A stretch of 64,000 bases of DNA, taken from positions 305-64,304 of the forward strand of contig CAJQQZ010000031.1 of assembly GCA_905480575.1 (NCBI GenBank). Reading direction: 5' to 3'. The notes below the pieces were generated by a model. It saw only the letters and a program-made list of their open reading frames with translations. It ran no database searches and was not told the DNA's origin. Position numbers and translations under genes: made by a program. Shown piece after piece: positions 30,837-41,531 of this stretch; the first letter of the stretch is position 1, and the number at the start of each line of letters is the position of its first letter. Source of the stretch: an uncultured Alphaproteobacteria bacterium. Lineage in GTDB: Bacteria > Pseudomonadota > Alphaproteobacteria > UBA7985 > CAJQQZ01.

Positions 30837-31880
30837 TTAGCGCGCGTCAGCTGAGCGTTGCTGAATTCGGCTTCTCGCTTTAGTCTTAATTTTTTTAGGC
30901 TTTGCTGCCGTAGCGCGGTTCTTTTTCCGCCTTGGCGTCGTTCCAACCGTTGGTCGGACGATGGCTTTCTCATCGATTTCGACAACCAGGTTAGGCAAGT
31001 GAAACGCAAGCCCGGCTGGCTTTGTCTTGGGTGTATAGGCGGCAAAGACCATTTGATCCTGTACTGCTGTGAACTTGCCGTCGTCGATAACAACCAACGC
31101 CTTCACACCCTTGCGCTTAACGACGCGGCCAAATTCATCATGCATGATATGGCCAGTCAAATTTGTTGAACCATTGTCGAGGTAAGCCATTTTAGGCACA
31201 TAGCCTCTGTGGTTAGCTCGAAGAGTGTGGAACATATAACGCGCGTTGTCATAGTGGAGCCTCATACAACCACCTGATGCTCTGTTGCCGAGCTTGTGAT
31301 GGGCATAAGTCGGCGCAGCGTGAAATGCGATACCGCTGCCGCCACCCCAGGTATTTTTATGATCAATAAACATGGTGAAAGGCATCGGAGAACCATCGAA
31401 CAGGCGCGATTCATAGTAGGCATGTTGTCTTGTGCCATGCAGATTATAGATACCTGTAGGCGTCCCAGAGAAGCCTTTTTCCTCTTGCCGCTCACGGCCG
31501 GTCGACGTGCGCCAGACATAGCGAGGCCTCCAATGATTCCACGCGTTCCCTTCAAGTGGTTTTTCTAGCCAAATAACGCGTTGGGCAACACCACCTTTAG
31601 CATTTTTGTCAACGTAGAGAATAACGTCATAATGGCTGACAAGTTCTGGCGTCAGATGGTTGAGGTAGGATTCTTCGTCAGTGGGTACAACAACATGTTG
31701 ACCGGAAAAAACATGGAACTGATTGGGATCGCTTGGCTGCCAATCGACGGCATCAATAATCTCATCCGTGGTCGGGGACCAGGGTGAAGATGTTTGTGCG
31801 GAAAAGACTTGAGCGTTGAAGAACACCGTTGTCACCAGCGTGACAACGGCAAAAAGCGATCTATTAAACCAAATTGACAC
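30837..31880 (-). CDS. L,D-transpeptidase (YkuD family)
   Basis: Signal peptide, STGR, TPTG, MPF, IAFHA...LGNRASGGCMRL; GGGAGG RBS. Confidence 0.8.
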   Translation of the reverse strand: MSIWFNRSLFAVVTLVTTVFFNAQVFSAQTSSPWSPTTDEIIDAVDWQPSDPNQFHVFSGQHVVVPTDEESYLNHLTPELVSHYDVILYVDKNAKGGVAQRVIWLEKPLEGNAWNHWRPRYVWRTSTGRERQEEKGFSGTPTGIYNLHGTRQHAYYESRLFDGSPMPFTMFIDHKNTWGGGSGIAFHAAPTYAHHKLGNRASGGCMRLHYDNARYMFHTLRANHRGYVPKMAYLDNGSTNLTGHIMHDEFGRVVKRKGVKALVVIDDGKFTAVQDQMVFAAYTPKTKPAGLAFHLPNLVVEIDEKAIVRPTVGTTPRRKKNRATAAKPKKIKTKARSRIQQRSADAR

Positions 31881-31963
31881 GAATCATACCTCCCAATCGA
31901 CTGCGCGACTTTTATCGGGTCATTTTGCCCATGGCAACAGGTTGGCTGTGCAAAAGTCTGTGA

Positions 31964-32782
31964 TTACAGATTCTTGAGGTGTTTAAGAATGGCGCTGTCT
32001 AGATCTGACGAAGGGCCTCCGAAGGGAGCCAAGGAGGAGCGGACGTCCTTTTCAAGGATTCCCATGGTGTTTTCAGGGGTGTAATTTTGCGTCGACCAGT
32101 AGATTTCGTCAAAGTTGCTTGCGAACCAATTCTGCCCTGAACTAGCGTGAATGACTTCCAGAAGTTTTGTCGGATCTGTTCCCAATTCAGCTGCTCTTTC
32201 TAGGGTTTGTCTTGTCGCGACGGCGGTGGCAGCCGTGATATAGTTGTTCATCACCTTTGCGGTCATGCCGGCACCCAGCTGCCCCATGTCAAAAACTGCT
32301 TTCCCCATCGCTTCGAAAAGAGGCTTAAGATGGTCTTTAGCCGAATTACAACCGCCAATCATAAAAGTTAGCGTTGCAGTCTCCGCGGACATAACCGCTC
32401 CCGACATCGGTGCATCGACCAGCACGACTGACGAGGGTAACTTCGCGTTCAAGTCTGTTATGAAATTGGGTGAAAGCGTAGAGCTGATGACAAGGTGTGA
32501 GGGGTGATGTTCCCCAGAAAAGACAGCTTGTTCGTCAAAAAGCAAAGCCAGAGTTTGAGGTTCGTCGCGAACAATGGAGATCAGAATGTCCGTTTGTTGT
32601 TGAATTAAATGTACGTCGTCGATCATGTTGTTTGCAAAGTCATCGAAATCCTCCAAAGGGCGAACATCGTAACCATTGACGTCAAAGCCAGCCGTGATCA
32701 GTGCCTGAGCCATTGGAAGCCCCATATCACCGCACCCGGCGACAGTAATTTTTTGGGATTCCAATGGTTTTGCAGCTGGCAC
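31964..32782 (-). CDS. NAD(P)-dependent oxidoreductase, beta-hydroxyacid dehydrogenase family
   Basis: GCGDMG, DAPMSG, TFMIGG, AKVMNN catalytic Lys. Confidence 0.85.
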   Translation of the reverse strand: MPAAKPLESQKITVAGCGDMGLPMAQALITAGFDVNGYDVRPLEDFDDFANNMIDDVHLIQQQTDILISIVRDEPQTLALLFDEQAVFSGEHHPSHLVISSTLSPNFITDLNAKLPSSVVLVDAPMSGAVMSAETATLTFMIGGCNSAKDHLKPLFEAMGKAVFDMGQLGAGMTAKVMNNYITAATAVATRQTLERAAELGTDPTKLLEVIHASSGQNWFASNFDEIYWSTQNYTPENTMGILEKDVRSSLAPFGGPSSDLDSAILKHLKNL

Positions 32783-32786
32783 GGTT

Positions 32787-33230
32787 TTAACCCTTCTTTG
32801 AAATCAGGAGATGGCAGGTCGCTTGACTGACAGGTTTGTCTGGGTCGCTTTGCCAGGCGGTTGCGACGACCGACACGCTGCGTTTGCCCCATTTCGTTAC
32901 TCGCGCGTGGCCGAATAGGTCCTGATCTTCGGTAGGACGAAGATAGTCGTTCGTGGTGGTGAAGGGGCGGACAGTAATATTTTCGCCCAGCTTAGCAGAA
33001 ACCTCTAACCATGCCGTGTTTTCGAGAAAGGAGGCAACAACCCCGCCGTGGATCGCTCTGATAATGGCATTGCCAATCAAGCGTTCCGAGAAGGGGAGCT
33101 GGGCGACAAGGCCTTGCTCTTCATTCATGTCGACTAAGTAACCAAAACGTCTGAGATAAGGTGAGTTTTCGATTAGGCCTGCCAATTCCTCGGCTGATAG
33201 TTGGTAAGCTGGATTGAACATATGAATCAA
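32787..33230 (-). CDS. PaaI family thioesterase
   Basis: IGNA..AIHGGVVASFLE, DYLRP hotdog motifs. Confidence 0.85.
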   Translation of the reverse strand: MIHMFNPAYQLSAEELAGLIENSPYLRRFGYLVDMNEEQGLVAQLPFSERLIGNAIIRAIHGGVVASFLENTAWLEVSAKLGENITVRPFTTTNDYLRPTEDQDLFGHARVTKWGKRSVSVVATAWQSDPDKPVSQATCHLLISKKG

Positions 33231-33703
33231 ACCCCTCCCAATTTAGCTTTGAGCTGGGAGAAGTCAGGACCTTTGGTTCCCAACATGAAGGTACCCATTG
33301 CTTTGATCAATAAGTTGCCGTTCGTTTTGTCGGTGATTGATCCCTCGGCGTAGGCTATATCATTCCTGATGTGATAACTGTGACACTGGCATCGAACGTC
33401 GTTGAGAGCGGCACCAGGCTGCAGGAAATCAACTCTCAAATCAACAGTAGCAATCGGCCTTGTGCTCTCGGATTTAGTAAGAGCAGCCATTCCTAAACAG
33501 GTATCGATCAAGGTTGTCATGACGGCGCCGTGCATTGACTTGTCTTCGTTCGAGGTCGCGAAATCAGCGTTATAGGGCATGTCGATGATCGCTCCGTCAC
33601 TGTCGCATTTAACGATTTCGTAAGCGAAGTCCTTTGCGGGACCCAACCCTTTTTCGAAGAACACTTTGACATCAGCCAAGAAATCAATTTGCGCTGCATT
33701 CAT
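33227..33703 (-). CDS. PaaI family thioesterase
   Basis: MHGAVMTTLIDT, ATVDLRVDFL; coupled to the second PaaI gene. Confidence 0.85.
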   Translation of the reverse strand: MNAAQIDFLADVKVFFEKGLGPAKDFAYEIVKCDSDGAIIDMPYNADFATSNEDKSMHGAVMTTLIDTCLGMAALTKSESTRPIATVDLRVDFLQPGAALNDVRCQCHSYHIRNDIAYAEGSITDKTNGNLLIKAMGTFMLGTKGPDFSQLKAKLGGV

Positions 33704-33972
33704 CCTGGAATTTTGACCTCTTTAAACGAAGTTAACCTGCGTTGGCCTTACTCGTCCTAGTCCCCAAAGGCCAACTTAAAAGGCTTAACAAGGATAGACT
33801 GGCGAAGCACGCAAATTTTTCTGGTCTTCCGTTTGTCCGTTGAAGCCAAGGCCGATCAGGCGCCATTGTATGGAGATTGAGCCTAAACGCAGGAGAAGAC
33901 GATTATCTTTGCAATGAAGCCCTCAATTTTCTAGGTTGCGCGCGACCTATCCATCCTAGTTTTGAACGGGAC

Positions 33973-34800
33973 ATGAGAGAAAAAATGATCCTCTATCCGA
34001 CACTACCCTCCTGGAAAAACAAGTTGGTAACCTTTTGTCAACAAAGACCAACCAGTTGGCTCGGTCGTCGGTTGGCCTTGTTGGGACGTAAATTGGTGAT
34101 GCGGAAGCTGCCAGTTCCAGTTGAAGCCCAGGTGGAGGGGATCAAAGTCAAGCTCCATTTGCATGACAATATTTGTGAACGCCGTTTCCTATTTATGCCA
34201 CAGTTCTTTGACCAGGATGAAAGAACGATCATAGCAGAGAGCCTGCCTGACGATGGTGTTTTCGTTGATATTGGTGCGAATGTCGGTCTCTATTCCTTGC
34301 GAGCCTCGCAGAGTTTGGGACCGCAAGGCGTGATCCTTGCCATGGAGCCAAATCCTGTCACATTTAAGCGTTTGAAAACCAATTTTTCAATGAATGACAT
34401 TGGTGCGAAGGTTGTTTTAGAACAGGTCGGTGTAGGCGATGGGGACGGCGAATTGCAACTCGTGCTTCACCCAGACAATTTGGGAGAGGCAAGTGCCTTT
34501 GCGGATTTTGCGGGCGAGAAAATTACTGTACCATCAAGAAGTTTGAAGCAACTTTTGGCGACCCACGCAATCAACAAAATAGATGTCCTGAAAATTGACA
34601 TCGAAGGGTTTGAGGATGTCGCTCTCGTACCTTTCTTCGTAAAAGAGAACGCTACCCTTTTCCCTAAAACAATCGTTATAGAAAAATCTGAAGATCGCTG
34701 GCGCAGCGACCTATTGGGGACGCTTGTCTCTCTTGGATACGTTCGACACAAAACAACCAAGAACAATCACATCCTCCTGTTTGGAGCCGAAGGGAGTTAG
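33973..34800 (+). CDS. FkbM family methyltransferase
   Basis: DIGANVG, MEPNP, LKIDIEGFE; start likely ATG 33973 or 33985. Confidence 0.88.
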   Translation: MREKMILYPTLPSWKNKLVTFCQQRPTSWLGRRLALLGRKLVMRKLPVPVEAQVEGIKVKLHLHDNICERRFLFMPQFFDQDERTIIAESLPDDGVFVDIGANVGLYSLRASQSLGPQGVILAMEPNPVTFKRLKTNFSMNDIGAKVVLEQVGVGDGDGELQLVLHPDNLGEASAFADFAGEKITVPSRSLKQLLATHAINKIDVLKIDIEGFEDVALVPFFVKENATLFPKTIVIEKSEDRWRSDLLGTLVSLGYVRHKTTKNNHILLFGAEGS

Positions 34801-34803
34801 ACA

Positions 34804-36066
34804 TTGGCCTCTCTCAAACGAATGATAGTTTGGCTTCAGTTGCTATCTACGCCAGGTACACTGGTTCTTGCCATTGCTAATCCAATTTTGCTGACGTTCG
34901 TTACTGTGTTGAACGGGGCGTTGAGCTTGAGTTATCTAGGAATGACGGGCAAACATTCCTTCAAACTCCTCTCTCGACCAGCTAGCGGTTTGTTGGCATT
35001 TGCTCTTGTTTTTCTGCTCCTACATTCCTTTTTGATCAAGACTGAAGATGGTGGGCCTTTTTTTGTTGGGCGCATGTTTGTTCTCTTGCTCTGCGCCTAT
35101 TTTCCTATCCTGGAATGGGGAAAGTTAGATGAGGAAACTAAACATCGAATGCGACTTTTGTTTTTCGGGGGGATGTTTCTCGCAGGAGTTTATTTTTTCT
35201 TTAAAATTCTGTTCAATCATTGGGACCAGAAACTCTTTATGTCTTTCACCGGCATAGTCAAAGAGATGAAAGCCCATTACGGCAATCGGCCTGCTGTAAT
35301 TTTCGTCTTATGGATCTGGCCCGTTTTGCTAGGCTTTCGACTGCTTCTTCTCCCAAAGTCACGCTGGATCTATGGCAGTGTAACCTTGCTGTTCCTGATG
35401 TTTGTCATCGGTGGGATATTGCAAACGGCTAGCGAAACAGCAAAATTGGCTTTGTTGGCAGGATCTCTTGTTTTTGTGATAGCGCGCTTATCTCTTGTCT
35501 GGGTACGGCGATTGTTGGGTGTTGGGATCGTTGCTGTCTTGATATTGGCTCCAATACTCTTTCACGGTGTCTATAAAAAATACAATGAAGAGTACGATTT
35601 CCTACCTTTCTCTGCCGAACATCGGTTGGTCATTTGGTCATATACTTCCGAGCTCATTTGGCAGAAGCCTATCTTGGGTCACGGATTGAGGATTGCGCAC
35701 TCTGATGACCTCGTTGATTTAAACGAGCAGGGGGAGGAGACTGTACTAGAATTGAAGCCACGGAAGATGGTCGTCCGGGCGATTAATCAGCATCCCCACA
35801 ACATGGTCTTGCAAATTTGGTTGGAATTCGGTGCCATTGGCATCAGCTTCGCGATCGCTCTCACCTTAATGTTTTTCCGGTTTCTTGGCAGGCTCAATCA
35901 TCCGCTTCAAAGCTACGCTCTGGCAACGGTTGCCTCCTTTGCAACGGTTGGCTTCGTTGGCTACGGTCTCTGGCAGAGCTGGCTGTTAGTTGGGGCTTTG
36001 TGGGCTGTAATAGCCTTTGCGATGCTTAGCGACTTGAAGAACAGCGTAGGCAAGAAACCCGGTTAA
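34804..36066 (+). CDS. O-antigen ligase (Wzy_C) family membrane protein
   Basis: Multi-TM, SAEHRLVIW, PILGHG, HPHNMVLQIWLEFG. Confidence 0.85.
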   Translation: MASLKRMIVWLQLLSTPGTLVLAIANPILLTFVTVLNGALSLSYLGMTGKHSFKLLSRPASGLLAFALVFLLLHSFLIKTEDGGPFFVGRMFVLLLCAYFPILEWGKLDEETKHRMRLLFFGGMFLAGVYFFFKILFNHWDQKLFMSFTGIVKEMKAHYGNRPAVIFVLWIWPVLLGFRLLLLPKSRWIYGSVTLLFLMFVIGGILQTASETAKLALLAGSLVFVIARLSLVWVRRLLGVGIVAVLILAPILFHGVYKKYNEEYDFLPFSAEHRLVIWSYTSELIWQKPILGHGLRIAHSDDLVDLNEQGEETVLELKPRKMVVRAINQHPHNMVLQIWLEFGAIGISFAIALTLMFFRFLGRLNHPLQSYALATVASFATVGFVGYGLWQSWLLVGALWAVIAFAMLSDLKNSVGKKPG

Positions 36067-36076
36067 GGCTTTTGCC

Positions 36077-36778
36077 TTAGGATTTCTGAAGCTTGATAAA
36101 ATGCACGGGTTCTTCAAAACGATGTCCGGCTTCAACCTGAACTCCTTGCTCAACAAAGAGTTTTCTAACCTGATCTTCGCAAGTCTTTAACGCTTCGGCC
36201 CTAGCCGCATCGACCATTATGGCCTGCACTTTGAAGGCCTCAAAATCTGCGTATGTGTAATGTTCGAGATAGCGAAAGTTTTCGTCGACTGAGAACAAAT
36301 TGTCAGCGCAAGCTTGAGTGATAGCCTTTTGCGCCGCCGCTCTGACTTCGGTTTCGTCGTCAACTGGCTGCATGGTTCGGAAACTTGACCCTTGAGCAAC
36401 GGGCTCAAAGATGTAGACGACACCGTTTCCCCTCAACACCCTATGGGCTTCTTTGAGGGCCGTCAGTTGTTCGGGCGTAGGCACGTGGTGAAGGCTGAAA
36501 AAGAAACAAACAGCATCGAAAGCTCCATCTGCGAAAGGGAGATCTTGTCCAATGCCTTCCAAAAAGATTTCACCCGCAATGGGTTCTTTGGACCGAGCGG
36601 CGGCAAGTGGTGCTTCGCCACATTCCAATCCAGTTAAACGTCCGCCTAGTCGCGTCAAAAGCCTGGTGGTTTTGCCGGTTCCGCATCCGACGTCAAGGAT
36701 GTCTTTGCCCTCGCATTTAATGCGCTCAAGGATGACTTCTTTTGTTGTTCGGACAGTTAGTTGGTTCAGATCAAGCAT
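36077..36778 (-). CDS. Class I SAM-dependent methyltransferase
   Basis: LDVGCGTG, LPFADGAFD, SLHHVP, RVLR. Confidence 0.88.
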   Translation of the reverse strand: MLDLNQLTVRTTKEVILERIKCEGKDILDVGCGTGKTTRLLTRLGGRLTGLECGEAPLAAARSKEPIAGEIFLEGIGQDLPFADGAFDAVCFFFSLHHVPTPEQLTALKEAHRVLRGNGVVYIFEPVAQGSSFRTMQPVDDETEVRAAAQKAITQACADNLFSVDENFRYLEHYTYADFEAFKVQAIMVDAARAEALKTCEDQVRKLFVEQGVQVEAGHRFEEPVHFIKLQKS

Positions 36779-39437
36779 TTGCTTTTAACGCCGATTGTGC
36801 AGCGGCCAATCTAGCGATAGGCACACGGAAAGCCGAACAAGAAACATAGTCCAACCCGACGGATTGGCAGAAATCGATAGACGCCGGGTCGCCGCCATGT
36901 TCACCGCAAATACCGAGTTTGATTTCGGGGCGTTGTGAACGGCCTTTTTCGGCGGCCATCTTAACCAATTCACCGACGCCTTTGGGATCGAGTGACTGGA
37001 ACGGGTCTTGATCAATCAAACCACGTTTGGCGTATTCGTTTAGGAATGAACTAGCATCGTCACGAGACAAACCATAGGTCGTCTGAGTCAGGTCATTTGT
37101 TCCAAAACTGAAGAATTCGGCGGTTTCTGCGATTGCATCTGCCAAAATACAAGCCCTAGGTAGTTCGATCATCGTGCCAACCAGATAATCAAAGTCGACA
37201 CCATTCTCTTCTTTGATTTTGTCGGCTGTCGCGCGCACTAAATCGACGAGCACAGCCAATTCTTTGGGCATTGAGACGAGCGGGATCATGACCTCAGGCG
37301 TTACAGCCTCACCTGTTTCTTTTTTCAACAAGGCAACCGCTTCAAAGATTGCACGAGCTTGCATCTCATAAATTTCCGGGAACGTAATGCCCAAGCGACA
37401 TCCACGGTGGCCCAGCATGGGATTCGATTCAGACAGTTCACGCGCTCTTGCTTGAACATCACTGACCGAAACGGACGCTGCCGCTGCAACCTCTTCCATT
37501 TCCTCTTGGCCGTGTGGCAGGAACTCATGCAGAGGTGGATCAAGCAGGCGTATAGTGATCGGCCTGCCAGCCATAACAGCAAAGAGCTTCGTGAAATCAT
37601 CTCGTTGCATCGGCAGCAGTTTTTCCAAAGCAGCACGTCTTTCTTCGGCTGATTCCGCCAGGATCATTTGACGAACAGCAATGATACGTTCGGCCTCAAA
37701 GAACATGTGTTCTGTTCGGCAGAGACCGATGCCCTCGGCGCCGAAAGAGATCGCCATCTCAGCGTCTTTCTCGGTTTCGGCGTTGGCTCTGACGGCCATA
37801 GTGCGGACTTTGTCTGCCCATTCCATGATTTTGGAGAAATCACCGGAAAGGTCAGGGTTTAGCGTGGGCACTTCACCCAACATGACCTCACCAGTTGCAC
37901 CGTCTAACGTGATGAAATCACCCGATTTGACAACTTGCCCTCTGACCGTGAAAAGCTGTTGTGCATAATCAATGCGCAGATCGCTCGCACCACAGATACA
38001 AGGCGTGCCCATGCCCCGTGCAACGACAGCAGCGTGAGATGTCATGCCACCTCGTGACGTCAAAATGGCTTTGGATGCGTGCATGCCATGGATATCTTCA
38101 GGCGAAGTCTCAACTCGGACGAGAATGACTGGCACTCCTGATGTAGCCCGATCAACCGCTTCTTCAGAGGAGAAAACGACTTCTCCGGCGGCGGCTCCAG
38201 GGCTGGCAGGCAGGCCTCTCAAAATAACGTTGCGCTCTGCATCTGGATCGAGTGTCGGGTGCAACAGTTGATCAAGGGAGGCGGGGTCTAAACGGGTGAG
38301 AGCTTCGGTTTCTGAAATCAAACCCTCTTCAACCATATCAACAGCGATCTTCAAAGCAGCTTGAGCCGTGCGTTTGCCGCCCCTGGTTTGCAGCATGAAA
38401 AGCTGGTTGTTTTGAATCGTGAACTCAATGTCTTGCATGTCACAATAGTGACGTTCAAGGATGTCCCGGACTTTATCCAGTTCTAGGAAGGCCTCGGGCA
38501 TGACTTCTTCCATGGCAAGCTTAGTGGAACCCTGCGTTTCCTTGCCGTGGATTGTAAGTTGTTGGGGCGTGCGAATGCCGGCAACTACGTCCTCGCCCTG
38601 TGCATTGATCAGATATTCGCCGTAAAACTCACGCTCTCCGGTGGACGGATCACGGGTGAAGGCGACACCGGTGGCGCAATCATCGCCCATATTGCCGAAG
38701 ACCATTGCCTGGATATTGACAGCAGTACCCCAACTTTGCGGAATGTCGTGGAGCGCGCGGTAAGTAATGGCACGTGAATTCATCCAAGAAGAGAATACGG
38801 CACCGACAGCACCCCACAACTGTTGCTCGGGGTCTTGGGGAAAGTCTTCATCCAATTCTTCGCTAACGCATTTTTTGTAACGTTCAACGATTAGTTTCCA
38901 GTCTTCGGCATTGAGTTCGGTGTCGAGAAAAACCTCGCGATCTTCCTTGTGGTCGTCCAGAATGTCTTCGAAAAGCGAATGGTCAACGCCGAGGACAACA
39001 TCACTGTACATCTGAATAAAGCGTCGATAGGAATCGTAGGCGAAACGTTCGTCACCGGATTTTGCAGCCAATCCAGCGACGGTAATGTCATTGAGGCCAA
39101 GATTGAGAACCGTATCCATCATGCCAGGCATGGAGGCTCTTGCACCAGAACGAACCGAGAGCAATAACGGGTTTTCTGAAGAGCCGAATTTCGTACCTAC
39201 GGCTTCTTCGACAAGCACGAGGGCGGTTTCGACCTGTGACCTCAGCTCTTCTGGGTATTTTTTCCCGTTGTCATAAAAGTAGGTACAAAGCTCTGTGCTG
39301 ATGGTGAAACCTGCCGGTACTGGCAGGCCCAATTTACACATCTCGGCAAGGTTGGCACCTTTTCCGCCGAGTAGGTTTTTCATGGAGGCATCACCCTCAC
39401 TCGCTTCTGGTCCGAAGCTGTAAACCCATTTTGCCAT
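36771..39437 (-). CDS. ppdK: Pyruvate, phosphate dikinase
   Basis: LLGGKGANL, SMPGMMDT, GGMTSHAAVVARG, FSFGTNDLTQ, GICGEHGG. Confidence 0.98.
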   Translation of the reverse strand: MAKWVYSFGPEASEGDASMKNLLGGKGANLAEMCKLGLPVPAGFTISTELCTYFYDNGKKYPEELRSQVETALVLVEEAVGTKFGSSENPLLLSVRSGARASMPGMMDTVLNLGLNDITVAGLAAKSGDERFAYDSYRRFIQMYSDVVLGVDHSLFEDILDDHKEDREVFLDTELNAEDWKLIVERYKKCVSEELDEDFPQDPEQQLWGAVGAVFSSWMNSRAITYRALHDIPQSWGTAVNIQAMVFGNMGDDCATGVAFTRDPSTGEREFYGEYLINAQGEDVVAGIRTPQQLTIHGKETQGSTKLAMEEVMPEAFLELDKVRDILERHYCDMQDIEFTIQNNQLFMLQTRGGKRTAQAALKIAVDMVEEGLISETEALTRLDPASLDQLLHPTLDPDAERNVILRGLPASPGAAAGEVVFSSEEAVDRATSGVPVILVRVETSPEDIHGMHASKAILTSRGGMTSHAAVVARGMGTPCICGASDLRIDYAQQLFTVRGQVVKSGDFITLDGATGEVMLGEVPTLNPDLSGDFSKIMEWADKVRTMAVRANAETEKDAEMAISFGAEGIGLCRTEHMFFEAERIIAVRQMILAESAEERRAALEKLLPMQRDDFTKLFAVMAGRPITIRLLDPPLHEFLPHGQEEMEEVAAAASVSVSDVQARARELSESNPMLGHRGCRLGITFPEIYEMQARAIFEAVALLKKETGEAVTPEVMIPLVSMPKELAVLVDLVRATADKIKEENGVDFDYLVGTMIELPRACILADAIAETAEFFSFGTNDLTQTTYGLSRDDASSFLNEYAKRGLIDQDPFQSLDPKGVGELVKMAAEKGRSQRPEIKLGICGEHGGDPASIDFCQSVGLDYVSCSAFRVPIARLAAAQSALKANA

Positions 39438-39446
39438 GTTGGTACT

Positions 39447-41531
39447 CTAACTTTCTATTTTGCTGAAATCTGCAACAGTTGAAACGGTTTGCCGTAGGAG
39501 ATTGAGAAGGTTCAGACGGTTTTCTCTGATCTCGGCTTCAGGTGCATTGACCATGACGTTGTCAAAGAATGCATCACCCGGCGCTCTCAATGAAGCCATG
39601 GCGGTCATCGCACTGCCATAGTCCTCGTTTTCGATGGCGGATCCAGCTGCTTGGCTAGTTTGGTTCAAAAGCTTGTGGAATGTAGCCTCGTGCTCGTCTT
39701 TCAGCAAAGAAGTTTGAACAGCGTCAGAGAAGGATCTCTTGTCCTTCTTCTCTTCTTTGGAGAGTATAGAGGACGCTCTACGGTAAGCGGCGAGCAGGTT
39801 CGTGCCATCGTCACTCTCGACCAACCGTGCCAGAGCTTCAACGCGGTTTAGTCCCCGAAGGAGGTCATCTTCTTCACCTTTGGCAAATACTGCTGCGATC
39901 AAGTCGTGTCTGACACCTTTTTCGCGAAGGCTGACCTTCATTCGGTCAACGATGAAATTCAGCAGATCTTGCGCAGCAGTCTTTTGGTCCACACCTTCAA
40001 CAGGTTGAAGGGAGAGAGCCGTTTCGATTGCTGGGCGCAACCCAAGACGTAGTTCATTCTCCAGAACGAGACGAATGATGCCCAAAGCCGATCTGCGCAG
40101 AGCAAAGGGATCTTTAGAACCGGTTGGTTTCTCATCAATAGCCCAAAAACCGGCCAAACTGTCCAGTTTGTCAGCCATGGCGACAGCGACAGAGACAGGC
40201 GCTGTTGGACAGGGGTCTGAAGGGCCGAGTGGCGAGTAGTGTTCGCCAATGGCTTTTGCAACCGCTTGCGTTTCGCCGTCATTTTCGGCGTAGTATTGCC
40301 CCATGAGGCCCTGCAATTCAGGGAATTCTCCGACCATGCCGGTCACAAGGTCTGCTTTGCACAGTCTTGCAGCTGAGCGCACCTGGTCTGTATTGGCACC
40401 TGGAATGGCTTCGGCAAGCGCAACCGCTATCGGGGCGATGCGATCAATCTTGTCGCCGACAGACCCAAGCTTCGCGTGGAAAACGATTGAGTTAAGTGCA
40501 GGGATACGGCTGGCAAGGCCCTTCTTACGATCTTGGTTCCAGAAGAATTCTGCGTCTGCGAGACGCGCGCGCAGCACCCGCTCGTTCCCGGCCACAATGG
40601 CCGCGCCCTTGTCCGCCGTTTCCATGTTTGAGATCGTGATGAAGTAAGGAGCGAGCTCGCCCTTACTATCTACTGTCGCGAAGTATTTTTGGTGTTCCCG
40701 CATGGAAGTGGTTAAAACTTCCGGGGGCAACGCCATCAGGTTATCGTCGATCCGGCCAATCAGAGGAACCGGCCATTCAACTAGACCGGTGACTTCCTCC
40801 AGGAGTTTGGGGTCATCAATTACGACCAAACCTTTGCTTGAGGCTAATTTGGTGATGCCATCCAGGATGTGGGTTTGGCGTTCGTTGTGATCCAAAACCA
40901 CTTTAGCCTTAGCAAGTTCGGACTTGTATTCGTCAAACCCAGTGACCGTGAAGTCACCTGGCGCTAGGAAGCGATGTCCCTTGCTTAGATTGCCAAACTC
41001 GATAGAGCTTGTGGCGCTCAGAGGGAGCTCACCCTTAATCACATCACCGTTGAACAGAGCAATGATCGAGTGCAGAGGTCGGACCCAGCGGAAGTCGTGG
41101 CGGCTCCACTTCTGGGATTTTGGCCAAACCATAGCCTGGATGGTTTCAACAATCAGACCCGGTAAGATGTCGAGTGTTGGCTGTCCTTTGATTTCTTTGA
41201 CGGCAAAATAAAAGTTGCCTTTAGGTGTCTCGCGCAGCTCCGCCTCATCGAGAGAAGCGATGCCTGCTCCGCGCATGAAACCTTGGAGGGCTTGTTCAGG
41301 TGAGCCTTCTTTAGGACCTTTTTTCTCTTCTTTGATGTCAGGCTGTTTTTCGGGCAATCCGTTGACGATCAATGCGATGCGTCTAGGCGTCACCAAAAAC
41401 TCTGACTTGTCGAAGGTAAATCCAGCTTCAGATAGTTTCTTGGTCAGGATATCTAGCAACGCTTTCGCGCCACTTCGTTGCATACGAGCAGGAATTTCTT
41501 CGGAGAAAAGTTCGATGAACAGTTCACTCAT
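39447..41531 (-). CDS. glyS: Glycine-tRNA ligase beta subunit
   Basis: [33 protein letters not shown]. Confidence 0.97.
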   Translation of the reverse strand: MSELFIELFSEEIPARMQRSGAKALLDILTKKLSEAGFTFDKSEFLVTPRRIALIVNGLPEKQPDIKEEKKGPKEGSPEQALQGFMRGAGIASLDEAELRETPKGNFYFAVKEIKGQPTLDILPGLIVETIQAMVWPKSQKWSRHDFRWVRPLHSIIALFNGDVIKGELPLSATSSIEFGNLSKGHRFLAPGDFTVTGFDEYKSELAKAKVVLDHNERQTHILDGITKLASSKGLVVIDDPKLLEEVTGLVEWPVPLIGRIDDNLMALPPEVLTTSMREHQKYFATVDSKGELAPYFITISNMETADKGAAIVAGNERVLRARLADAEFFWNQDRKKGLASRIPALNSIVFHAKLGSVGDKIDRIAPIAVALAEAIPGANTDQVRSAARLCKADLVTGMVGEFPELQGLMGQYYAENDGETQAVAKAIGEHYSPLGPSDPCPTAPVSVAVAMADKLDSLAGFWAIDEKPTGSKDPFALRRSALGIIRLVLENELRLGLRPAIETALSLQPVEGVDQKTAAQDLLNFIVDRMKVSLREKGVRHDLIAAVFAKGEEDDLLRGLNRVEALARLVESDDGTNLLAAYRRASSILSKEEKKDKRSFSDAVQTSLLKDEHEATFHKLLNQTSQAAGSAIENEDYGSAMTAMASLRAPGDAFFDNVMVNAPEAEIRENRLNLLNLLRQTVSTVADFSKIES

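Noticed and set aside
33722-33736. CtrA box candidates (TTAA...TTAAC) here and near 17454 and 44245
   Set aside because: Spacers are 5, 6, 8 or 9 nt rather than the required 7
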